From a virus: a stretch of DNA of 64,000 bases. The notes beneath the pieces were generated by a model. That model was not told the origin of the DNA, searched no databases, and saw only the letters and a program-made list of their open reading frames with translations. This document shows, one piece after another, positions 39,999 to 48,147 of this stretch; within the stretch, counting starts at the first letter, position 1; each line of letters opens with the position of its first letter. A program made the position numbers and the translations under genes. Where the stretch lies: IMG/VR virus record IMGVR_UViG_3300010399_000038, positions 7,741 to 71,740 of that record. One strand, written 5' to 3'.

Positions 39999-40609
39999 AC
40001 GTTACCATACTTTTTTAGTACAACAATGCCTCCAGCCTCGTCACTGGGGTCGGCTTCATCAAAAATCAATCTCCATCCATACAATTCATCATTCAATACG
40101 CCTATCTTGGTTAATGCTTTCCTTACAGAGATGTACATATCGGGGTCTAACTCGCTCCCCATTCTTTGATAATCCTTATTCGCCTTTATATGGCTACCGC
40201 TATCATGAAACGCAAAATAGCCTCCCCGTTTTACTTTGCTTTCGTAACAAAAGAAGTCTGCTACGACTGTTGGGAAAGCGTGTCCTCCATCAACAAAAAT
40301 TAAATGCTGCGAATTATCTTCAATTTGGTTGTACACTTCATTACTATTACCTATGATTAAATTACAGGTGGAAAACGGTAATAATATTGGCTTATCTTTT
40401 TCATTATCTATTGCTGTGTGATTGTTAGAACGGCCTTTGTCTAAAACATATTCGTGTATTCCTCTATCAGTTTGCCCATCGAATACACCTATCTGACAAG
40501 TGTTTATTTCAATCCCTTTAAATTCACTGAGTATCAAATCAAGCGTCTTTTCTATACAATCTGCATCCACCTTTGATATTAAGCCGTATTGTATCATTTT
40601 TGTTTCCAT
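39995..40609 (-). CDS. Class I SAM methyltransferase (Methyltransf_24-like)
   Basis: QIGVFDG, LIFVDGGH and GGYFAFHD. Confidence 0.8.
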   Translation of the reverse strand: METKMIQYGLISKVDADCIEKTLDLILSEFKGIEINTCQIGVFDGQTDRGIHEYVLDKGRSNNHTAIDNEKDKPILLPFSTCNLIIGNSNEVYNQIEDNSQHLIFVDGGHAFPTVVADFFCYESKVKRGGYFAFHDSGSHIKANKDYQRMGSELDPDMYISVRKALTKIGVLNDELYGWRLIFDEADPSDEAGGIVVLKKYGNV

Positions 40610-40710
40610 GACGATTTGTGTAGGTCTATTACCAGAAAAGTAACATACGCCAAAATATACAACATAAAAATTGATGCTGTAATAACTCCTAATATATCAA
40701 CCAGTTTCAT
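40594..40710 (-). CDS. Small single-TM peptide (38 aa)
   Basis: Manual translation MKLVDILGVITASIFMLYILAYVTFLVIDLHKSSWKQK; ATGA overlap with the upstream gene. Confidence 0.5.
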   Translation of the reverse strand: MKLVDILGVITASIFMLYILAYVTFLVIDLHKSSWKQK

Positions 40711-41615
40711 ATAATGCCATTTTGTTTTAAAATATCAAGTATGTATAAACTCCTTGCTTCTTTCGTATAATACGTTTTCATGTGGGCAACCCCTTCTTCA
40801 TAAATCTCGTACAAATACTCTTTGTCGCTTATTATTGATTTTATATTACTTACTTCTTCTTGTGTTGGATGTTCTGATATTTCAATGCAATTAACACAAT
40901 CTGAAAATGGGTTGGCTTGGAGATGATTGTTCTTTTGACGAAGCATTGGAGAAATGGTAATTAATTGTTGGCTTCGCTCATCACTGAATCCTCCCCCGTC
41001 TGCGGTTAAAAACAATTTTGAATTTCTATGCCTTTGCAACCATTCATCGTTGGGAAGTTTTTCTTGCCCCAATCTGAAATCACACATAAAATGCCGTTGC
41101 AATTCATTGCACACAGAGATTCTTTGAGGACTTACATTTCCTAAAAAAGAAATTTCAACGGGTCGTGAAAATAATTCATCGGGATTAGCAAGAGGGAGGT
41201 CGTTCATTATACATTTCTCGTAGGGGTAAACCCATTGGGGGAATTTAATTGTTTTATCCATTTTCCGCATGAAATAAACAATACCCTTATCGTTAAATAT
41301 TTGCCTCAGTAACCAATATTGAACATAAGACAGAACTTCTGTATTATGCCTATTGTAAAACCATCTTTCTTTAGACATGCCGCCAAAATCCGTTTCATCA
41401 AACACACAAATTTGGATAGTCTCGTTGTCAACAAATCTTAGTACCTCTTCATCATACTTCCCAACCCCGCTGTACATATCAAATAACACAACATCTGCCT
41501 CCGATATATCATTTACTTTTGAATGCCCTTGTTCAATGAATGTCTTCTCAAACGATGGATAAAGGTCTGGTGAACTACGTCCAATTGGTGATATGAAAAA
41601 AAACTTTGAGATTAT
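40707..41615 (-). CDS. Putative GT-B glycosyltransferase; frame extends upstream to an ATA at 41615
   Basis: RPVEISFLGN..RNSKLFLTADGGG..R pattern. The frame is open 42 codons upstream of the track start. Confidence 0.6.
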   Translation of the reverse strand: MISKFFFISPIGRSSPDLYPSFEKTFIEQGHSKVNDISEADVVLFDMYSGVGKYDEEVLRFVDNETIQICVFDETDFGGMSKERWFYNRHNTEVLSYVQYWLLRQIFNDKGIVYFMRKMDKTIKFPQWVYPYEKCIMNDLPLANPDELFSRPVEISFLGNVSPQRISVCNELQRHFMCDFRLGQEKLPNDEWLQRHRNSKLFLTADGGGFSDERSQQLITISPMLRQKNNHLQANPFSDCVNCIEISEHPTQEEVSNIKSIISDKEYLYEIYEEGVAHMKTYYTKEARSLYILDILKQNGII

Positions 41616-42337
41616 AAAAGATTTAATTTTTTAAGTATTGGCTCCCTGCTCCACTTGTCTTTGCTGCCTCCGTTCCAATGTATTATCGAAGGTGTTGTGC
41701 CGATTTCTTTATTTACTATCCGTTGCCCCGAAAAATCCAATTCGCTCTCTAAAACATTTTGCATATTTTGGACTATAAAACAACCATAATCAAGCTCTAT
41801 CGGAACAGGTTGCCTTAAAAACAAATCCATGTAATATGCTTGGTCATTAAAATGATAATTGTGTCCTTTCCTTCCATCGTGGTAATCTACTGGTAGGTTG
41901 GGCGCATCCATTGCTTCAAGAACTTCTAATATCGCTTCTGTTTCTCCAATGATAACCCCTGAGTTTAGATAGCGATAACTGGTTCTACAAGGAAGCCTAT
42001 CATACTCTTTTTGGAAACAAGCCGGAAAACAGTTTTTTTCTGCACCGATTACTATTGATGTTTGAAATGATTTATATTTTTCAATAATGCTCTCTAATGA
42101 ATCTGAAAAGACAACATCCCAAGCGTCTACAAAAACGGTTATTCTTTCTTTTATTTTTCCTTCGGTTATTGCCTTGTGTAAAATTCGTGGCTTATCTGAA
42201 AGCCCCGTATATTCTCCCGGCTCTTGCCCCAATACAAGTATCTCGTTATCTCCAACAGATTTGAATAGCTGATGATATGTGTAATACCATTCATGCGGGA
42301 TGCGGTTTGAAATTGTTACTATTTTATACTCGCTCAT
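41612..42337 (-). CDS. PLOD/LH3-like glycosyltransferase domain
   Basis: FVDAWDVVF, IVIGAEKNCFP, YRYLNSGVIIG, NDQAYY and IIHWNGGSK match the PLOD GT-domain motif series. Confidence 0.8.
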   Translation of the reverse strand: MSEYKIVTISNRIPHEWYYTYHQLFKSVGDNEILVLGQEPGEYTGLSDKPRILHKAITEGKIKERITVFVDAWDVVFSDSLESIIEKYKSFQTSIVIGAEKNCFPACFQKEYDRLPCRTSYRYLNSGVIIGETEAILEVLEAMDAPNLPVDYHDGRKGHNYHFNDQAYYMDLFLRQPVPIELDYGCFIVQNMQNVLESELDFSGQRIVNKEIGTTPSIIHWNGGSKDKWSREPILKKLNLL

Positions 42338-42960
42338 TTAAGTATCGGTGTGTTTTTCAAAATATTTATCCTTTCATTTACTCCAAGTCCAGGCAAGTGC
42401 AATAGCAAATGCTCCGGCTTCCAATCCCCGTCACTTCCAATTCCTTCTGGATATTCTTTATACAACTCGTACTTTATAGAATTAATCGTAGGGTGGGGTA
42501 GAAAACAAATCTGTGGGTCATCTTTAATTGTTCTGATATAGTGGCTCATGGCATCTTGTTCACAATACATTCTTTCTTTTCCTCTTTGATCTAAAGCAAA
42601 ATCAATAAAATATTCCGACCAATCAGATTTTCTCAAGGCAAAACTTCCTGCATTTATACCATTTGGATAATTACAAATAAACAAATCGTGGTAGTCGTCA
42701 AAACAATCTTTTACGTTAATTGTGTGATTCGTTATTAAACAATCCAAATCCAAGTTCCAAACAATTCCGCTTCCTGATTCGAATAGTTTTCTTGTTTCGG
42801 CCAATTTTTCATACCCTGCATCACTTTCCCAATTATCATATTCTTTTACAAACAATCCGAACTTCCATCTATCACAATAATTTTGAATAATAGGAAGAAC
42901 TATTTGTGCGATATTTCGCCAAGCCTTATCGTGTAATATTAATATCGTTAGTCTTGACAA
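42334..42960 (-). CDS. GT34-like nucleotide-diphospho-sugar transferase
   Basis: WNLDLDCLITN, INAGSFALR, EQDAM and HLPG. Confidence 0.75.
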   Translation of the reverse strand: MSRLTILILHDKAWRNIAQIVLPIIQNYCDRWKFGLFVKEYDNWESDAGYEKLAETRKLFESGSGIVWNLDLDCLITNHTINVKDCFDDYHDLFICNYPNGINAGSFALRKSDWSEYFIDFALDQRGKERMYCEQDAMSHYIRTIKDDPQICFLPHPTINSIKYELYKEYPEGIGSDGDWKPEHLLLHLPGLGVNERINILKNTPILK

Positions 42961-43896
42961 TTACAACCTTGCTTTTATTTCTTTCTCAATATATTCCTTA
43001 CAATATACATCAGGGCGGTACTTGTTTGCATTGTGAACACACTCCAAGTAAACATCAAATAATTCCTTTTTGTTAAGCCACTCAATTATAGTTTCCACCT
43101 CTTTACCTATTTCGCTTTTTATACAGTTTTCCCCATGAAGCCATGGATACGCCCATGCAAAATTATCTTCCCAAGTAAGCATACAACAGTTTACCGATGA
43201 TTCAAGATGCCTGAATGTTTTTCTTCCTGCTCCAAACGGGGCTAATGAAATCTTTGATAGTCCGTTGATGGATAGCAACATTGAAATATCTATTCTTTTG
43301 TAATGCGGCATCCACAAACTACACCATTTTTTCCCTTGCTCGTTATTCACAAAGTCTTGAAGGAACATGAAATTATCACAAACTGAATAGCCGTGTTGTG
43401 TCGCCCCCTTCCAAATGTCTCCGTGGATTTGTAGTCTTCCTTCGTGGCTTCTTCCCCAAAAAAAGAAGGTATCAAAGATTCTTTTATTAAATTCTTCTCT
43501 CGTTTGAATGTTAATTCTATTAATCCAATTAAAATAATCTATTGGAACCACTGCTTCGGTTATATCTTTTTTAAGAAGTTCCCTTTTAAAGTATATGGTT
43601 GGAGGATTGTCTGCAACCCACTCATCAAATCTTAGCCATTCAATGCCATCAAAGTGCGGGAAGATTTTCGTGTTCTTACCGAACAAATGTGTCCCTGTTT
43701 GTTCGTAAGGCGTGTTCCAATCTAATTCTGTCATATCCAAAAGAACGTAGTCTTTCACCTGCAACAAATCGGTATTAAACTTAAAATTCCGCACCCTTGA
43801 TATTGGGACTATAGGAATCTTTGGCGAACTAATTTGTTCAGCCATCCTCATAAGAGAACCATCCAAGCCTTCGCCAACATGAGGCGCTATTATCAT
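42961..43896 (-). CDS. Putative GT-B glycosyltransferase
   Basis: YFKREL, RIFDTFFFWG and SKISLAPFGAGRKTFRHLES; resembles 40707-41615. Confidence 0.55.
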   Translation of the reverse strand: MIIAPHVGEGLDGSLMRMAEQISSPKIPIVPISRVRNFKFNTDLLQVKDYVLLDMTELDWNTPYEQTGTHLFGKNTKIFPHFDGIEWLRFDEWVADNPPTIYFKRELLKKDITEAVVPIDYFNWINRINIQTREEFNKRIFDTFFFWGRSHEGRLQIHGDIWKGATQHGYSVCDNFMFLQDFVNNEQGKKWCSLWMPHYKRIDISMLLSINGLSKISLAPFGAGRKTFRHLESSVNCCMLTWEDNFAWAYPWLHGENCIKSEIGKEVETIIEWLNKKELFDVYLECVHNANKYRPDVYCKEYIEKEIKARL

Positions 43897-44264
43897 TTAA
43901 TTTTCTCCTTATAGTTTTGTTCTGTTAATAATTCGCCATCAAGAAACCAATTCACGCCATTATACAAAATAGTGCAGCCCTCCCTTTTATACGTTGAACT
44001 ACCCGTTTTTGCCCACCCATTTTGCAATAGGGTTGTAGTAGATAGCAAATTAATTCCGCTATTGCTTCTTAATCTTGCCAATCGCTCAATAGCTGCTTTT
44101 TCGTAGAACTTCCCGATATGAAATTCATCTTGCTCTTCTAAATAGTTCTTTACTTCTTGGAGATTGTTTTTATGAACGCATACATTTGTGTAGTCGGCAT
44201 TATTTCTTTTTGGCTTTTGCGGCTCTGGCATTTTAATTTTAAGAGGTTTTGCAAACATTTGCAA
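43893..44264 (-). CDS. Hypothetical protein
   Basis: First gene of the GT operon. Confidence 0.55.
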   Translation of the reverse strand: MQMFAKPLKIKMPEPQKPKRNNADYTNVCVHKNNLQEVKNYLEEQDEFHIGKFYEKAAIERLARLRSNSGINLLSTTTLLQNGWAKTGSSTYKREGCTILYNGVNWFLDGELLTEQNYKEKIK

Positions 44265-44425
44265 AATATTTCAAATAACAATATTTTAGTTTTCCACATT
44301 TGTTAATATAACTTTACTGCTTAGAACCGTTTTTAGTCGAATCCAATATCCATTTTATTTATGGCCGTTACTAATCCTTTTGTACGAATGGGTATGAATT
44401 TTTAGTAGCGGCATTTTTATTAACC

Positions 44426-44833
44426 ATGCTTAACATATCTGCAACACGGATTTTAAAAGAGAAAACAGCAGGCTTCGGGAGGAGAAGACAAGACTATTTT
44501 GATACAGCCCCATCATCAATATCCTACACAGCAGAGATTGATCCGGGCATAGGTGGTACAAAAGTTTTTTCAAGTGTAGCGGGGTGGACGCCTGACTCTC
44601 CTTTTAATTTCCCAACGGCGGCAGGAGACCCATTGCAAACACGAAACGCTAATGATGCAAGCCCGATTACTATGATAGCCGGGTATAATAATGCTGCGAA
44701 AAGTTCAGTAGTTATATTGTTAAAAAACGGAGTCATACAACAATCAAAAGCAGTAACCGGCGTATCCCCGCCACAGACATTTGATCCTTTAGCAATAACC
44801 AATGGAGATACTGTAACACTAAGAGGGAATTAA
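44426..44833 (+). CDS. Hypothetical protein sharing its N-terminal peptide with the SGNH tail-module protein
   Basis: Starts MLNISATRILKEKTAGFGRRRQDYF; beta-rich C-terminus. Confidence 0.7.
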   Translation: MLNISATRILKEKTAGFGRRRQDYFDTAPSSISYTAEIDPGIGGTKVFSSVAGWTPDSPFNFPTAAGDPLQTRNANDASPITMIAGYNNAAKSSVVILLKNGVIQQSKAVTGVSPPQTFDPLAITNGDTVTLRGN

Positions 44834-44936
44834 GATTCTTTTGCCGGAAGTTTTTTCTGTTGCTCTGAAAGGGAATTTATTTCTTCCATTTTCTCCAAGA
44901 TTGAATTGATTTTATCTAATTGCTTTGTCATTGTTA

Positions 44937-45275
44937 TTATTTTTTGTTTTGATTCGGTGGAGTGGGAAGTTTCCAGTGGGTTACATGAAATAGATAATCG
45001 CCTGCATTACTTCTGAAACGTCTTGCATCGAAATCATAATACCCGCTTTCATAATTGTCAATTGATTCGCTATACAGCCAATAGTAATATTTAGGATTAT
45101 CCGGCGGGAAGTTTTTACCGTCAACACTTACCCACCCATCATTATCTTGGATGGATTTGAGTTTGGGGATTATGTGCGATAAAACGGTTTTGATTCCTTC
45201 CTGAAACGGGTTGGTGGCGGGAGTACATCTGTTTAGATTTTCTTCGGCCTCTTTTATTATATCTGCTAATTCCAT
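44937..45275 (-). CDS. DUF551-like phage protein
   Basis: GWVSV...PP and VTHWKLPTPP. Confidence 0.65.
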   Translation of the reverse strand: MELADIIKEAEENLNRCTPATNPFQEGIKTVLSHIIPKLKSIQDNDGWVSVDGKNFPPDNPKYYYWLYSESIDNYESGYYDFDARRFRSNAGDYLFHVTHWKLPTPPNQNKK

Positions 45276-45290
45276 TGTAATGATTTTAAT

Positions 45291-45650
45291 GGTAAAAAAA
45301 CTTTACTATACTACGCATCACACTGCTAAACCGAGCGTCACATGACGTTACGAGACGTTACTTTGCTGGACAGGGCGACACCACGCATGACTTGACATTA
45401 CTTTGCTTTGCCATGAAAAAATATCTTTGTCGGATTAAAAGAACTTTACTTCGCAAAACTGTGCATTTACGCAACTATGCTGTGCCTTACCAAACACGAC
45501 TATACATTGCTATACCCCACAAGACAATACTTAATTTTAATAATATTACGGATTAAAAGAACTATACTAAACGCTACTGAGCAAGACACTACGGCACGTC
45601 GCCTCACGATACCAGACGGTGCTCCACTCCGCAGAACACCACCATGCTAC
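45291..45650 (-). ncRNA. Array of three putative guide-RNA units with 5-nt NNN-GY periodicity (VIPR-like)
   Basis: On +, RC recurs every 5 nt at 45300-45414 (23 periods), 45443-45533 (18, one of them 6 nt) and 45561-45650 (18). Two units abut an identical cggattaaaagaac; the third abuts a degenerate ggtaaaaaaac. Confidence 0.85.
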
Positions 45651-46216
45651 AATGTTTTTTCTAATGATATTAATTTAAATCTTCCAAAATACCCGTTGTT
45701 CGTTGGCCTGTAACTTCCGATGCCTACATAATTCCCGGTTGTTTCAATGAGTTCTGTAATCATTTCCTTTGTCAAAGTTCCGTTATCCAATATCATATCA
45801 AACTCGGCTTTCCATGTTGACCATTTAGGGCGGATAACCATTACCCTTGCTTTGACGTTTTTGTTCACGGCTGATCGCTTATCAATTTCATCATACTCCG
45901 GCATCGTTATTTCTTCCGGGGAAACTCTCAACACGGCAGCGATAACGCCTTTCATACTTCTTTTGGAATTTCCGACTTTACTTTTCAGATAGCCGCCACC
46001 GTTAATGAAAGCGATTCTTAGCTGTTCTGCGGGGATGAAACATTTGTCGGCCTTATTGCGGTAGCAATGAAATTCAGCCCGTACAGCATCTTGCTGATTA
46101 ACGTCAGGGCGTTCTATAATGTGCTTCCTGTTTTTCTCCCATTCTTCTAACTTTTGGTCATCCATGCGATGCTGCATGTAGGGAGTGATTCCTTCGATTT
46201 TAACATTGTAAATCAT
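45647..46216 (-). CDS. Stand-alone Cas7/RAMP-like protein (189 aa), putative RNA-guided effector
   Basis: Likely start MIYNVKIEGITPYMQH (RRM beta1). FIPAEQLRIAF (IP...LR helix), thumb region IDKRSAVNKNVKARVMVIRP, and a G-rich loop GNYVGIGSYRPTNNGYFGRF at the C-terminus. Confidence 0.8.
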   Translation of the reverse strand: MIYNVKIEGITPYMQHRMDDQKLEEWEKNRKHIIERPDVNQQDAVRAEFHCYRNKADKCFIPAEQLRIAFINGGGYLKSKVGNSKRSMKGVIAAVLRVSPEEITMPEYDEIDKRSAVNKNVKARVMVIRPKWSTWKAEFDMILDNGTLTKEMITELIETTGNYVGIGSYRPTNNGYFGRFKLISLEKTL

Positions 46217-46330
46217 GTCTTGCAAGTTTAAGATTATACGGCGCAGGGCTGCAAGACACACGGTTTCCCGTTGGGAGGAATCCCACTACGCCGTAAATAT
46301 GTTTATTGATTTTAAACGTGTCTTGCATAT
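46216..46330 (-). promoter_or_regulatory. Structured leader with an antisense element and two complementary target sites
   Basis: Stem 46237-46246/46286-46295 encloses tgcaagacac (46250-46259). This is the reverse complement of gtgtcttgca (46318-46327) and of tgtcttgca (46216-46224, at the start codon). Confidence 0.65.
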
Positions 46331-46342
46331 TGTAAATATAAA

Positions 46343-46663
46343 TCATTTCTTGATAAGAGAAAATTTTGATTTAAGAATATTAAACGAATGATGCCGCTTC
46401 TGCATATCGTGGTCGGTTAAATCTTCCCACGTTTCTGATAACTCATTCCACAATTCATCCTGCTCCTCAGATACAAACTCATCGAGCCACATAAGAACGC
46501 TGAAATCAGTATCGGAGACTTTATCACTCGTACCAATCCAAAGCCAATTATCCCCATCCCAATAAACAGCATCTTTTCGATTATACACTTTAACACTAAC
46601 TGAATTTTTAGTTGTGTCGGTTTGTTTTTCCGGTGGTCGTTCTGACCAGTTTATCCATTTCAT
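46343..46663 (-). CDS. Hypothetical phage protein
   Basis: MKWINWSERPP and WLDE; small accessory ORF. Confidence 0.6.
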   Translation of the reverse strand: MKWINWSERPPEKQTDTTKNSVSVKVYNRKDAVYWDGDNWLWIGTSDKVSDTDFSVLMWLDEFVSEEQDELWNELSETWEDLTDHDMQKRHHSFNILKSKFSLIKK

Positions 46664-46689
46664 ACCTACTTATTTTAATGGTTTATCTG

Positions 46690-46941
46690 TTAAAGTTTTT
46701 TGATTTCTTCTTTCACTTGCTGCCAGTATTCTTTAAACACTTGTCCGACTTCAATATGTTGATTCGGATACGCTGTTTTTTCTGAACCCAATATTTCGTC
46801 ACAGCATATCGAAACCGCTTTTTTGGTATCTCTTTTATTCAAATGCTCATAACTCACGGGTTCTTCCGAACCTCTATCAAAGTATGCCGCCAACGGGTAA
46901 AACTTATCGTAAAGTTCTTTTGCCTTTTCTTTAGGTGTCAT
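46690..46941 (-). CDS. Hypothetical phage protein
   Basis: MTPKEKAKEL...YWQQVKEEIKKL, a pattern I recognise from Bacteroidota phages. Confidence 0.7.
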   Translation of the reverse strand: MTPKEKAKELYDKFYPLAAYFDRGSEEPVSYEHLNKRDTKKAVSICCDEILGSEKTAYPNQHIEVGQVFKEYWQQVKEEIKKL

Positions 46942-46962
46942 TGTCTTTGTATTTACATGTAC

Positions 46963-47301
46963 TTAGAGATTGTTTTCTTTAGCGAACTTTTTAAACCCAT
47001 ATATCCCGGTATAGCCGTCTAAGAAACCAGTGAATGAAGGTTTGTGCCTATCTTGTTCATATTTTTCACCGGCTTCAAACGCTCTTTCAATCAATCCTTT
47101 CAACTTCCCAATCTCTGCTTCTTTTTCTTTTAGCTCTGCTTGTCCAAGTAAATAATATTTTTCAGCTGCATGATGATATGCCATAAGTCCTGCAAGGCTG
47201 TATTCTTTATGACTAATAACCACATCTGGGTTCAGCGGCTTCCTACAAAATTCCTTTGCTTCCTCGGTAATTTTATCCTTTATCTCTTTTGGTGTATTCA
47301 T
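46963..47301 (-). CDS. Hypothetical protein
   Basis: Co-directional and overlap-coupled ORF. Confidence 0.6.
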   Translation of the reverse strand: MNTPKEIKDKITEEAKEFCRKPLNPDVVISHKEYSLAGLMAYHHAAEKYYLLGQAELKEKEAEIGKLKGLIERAFEAGEKYEQDRHKPSFTGFLDGYTGIYGFKKFAKENNL

Positions 47302-47609
47302 TTTTCAGTTTTATTTTGAGTGTTATTGTACCAAGTGATGAATTGGGTGACCGCTCCCCATACTAATTCTTTAGTTGCAAAAATTCCTAAGTCAAAGAGA
47401 ACTACGTTAGCATTTTTTAAACTCCACATTGAAATATTTTTGCCGTCATATAGCTTACCTATCTTCTCAACCACCTGCATCAACTTATTCCAGTCATCGT
47501 GATAGTTGTGAATGTCTAATGATAACTTCCAAACCTCATTATTCATGTCGGGGTAATTAAACCCGTAGAACTTTGCTATCAAAAAATTCCCTTCAATTAT
47601 ATTATCCAT
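47298..47609 (-). CDS. Hypothetical phage protein
   Basis: NFLIAKF..YHDDWNKLMQVVEKI..FITWYN. Confidence 0.65.
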   Translation of the reverse strand: MDNIIEGNFLIAKFYGFNYPDMNNEVWKLSLDIHNYHDDWNKLMQVVEKIGKLYDGKNISMWSLKNANVVLFDLGIFATKELVWGAVTQFITWYNNTQNKTEK

Positions 47610-47640
47610 AAGTTTTTTTTGTTTACCAGCTTTTGAAATT

Positions 47641-47961
47641 CTATTTACTCAACATTTTTTGAACGGTCATGATAATATCGTCCATTTCTGATTTAAGCAA
47701 AACCTTATTGTGTTCCTTGCTCATCAAATTAAATAACGGCTGATACCAATAAATTGTTCCGGGCTGCACTATTGTTATAAATCGCTTTTTGCCTCGAATA
47801 TATTTTACCAACCCTTCATTCTGCAATTCCTTTATCGGGATATATACCGAGCTTGTCGGGCAACCAAAATGTTTGGCGACATCTTCAATCATACATTCTT
47901 CTCCCGGCTTATCCTGTATATATTCACGAAGTCTTTCTCTTATTGGAACGCCTTTCGCCAT
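47641..47961 (-). CDS. Winged-helix DNA-binding protein
   Basis: IEDVAKHFGCPTSSVYIPIKELQNEGLV. Confidence 0.6.
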   Translation of the reverse strand: MAKGVPIRERLREYIQDKPGEECMIEDVAKHFGCPTSSVYIPIKELQNEGLVKYIRGKKRFITIVQPGTIYWYQPLFNLMSKEHNKVLLKSEMDDIIMTVQKMLSK

Positions 47962-48147
47962 ATCAATCTTTTTTAAGTATTAAGGTTGTTATTCTTCCAT
48001 GCCAAATTCTTCCAAAGTATATCCTTGTTTTTCGATGAAGTCTTTAAAACTATAGTAGTTGCCGGATTCGTTTAAGAAGTCTGTAAACACCCGGATAATT
48101 TCTTCGAGTTCTAATTTTTTCTTTGCCATAACTTTTATTTTTGTTGA

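Noticed and set aside
45291-45650. Canonical CRISPR array or simple microsatellite
   Set aside because: There are no 25-45-nt repeats with unique spacers. Only 2 of every 5 nt are conserved and the triplets are non-repetitive, which slippage would not produce.
45477-45713. 78-aa + strand ORF over the array
   Set aside because: It is antisense to the operon, and a 5-nt period is not explained by codon structure. Treated as a shadow ORF.
46323-46333. 11-nt match TTGCATATTGT between decoded unit 2 and the region upstream of the Cas7-like gene (self-targeting)
   Set aside because: Short and AT-rich, with non-matching flanks; compatible with chance.
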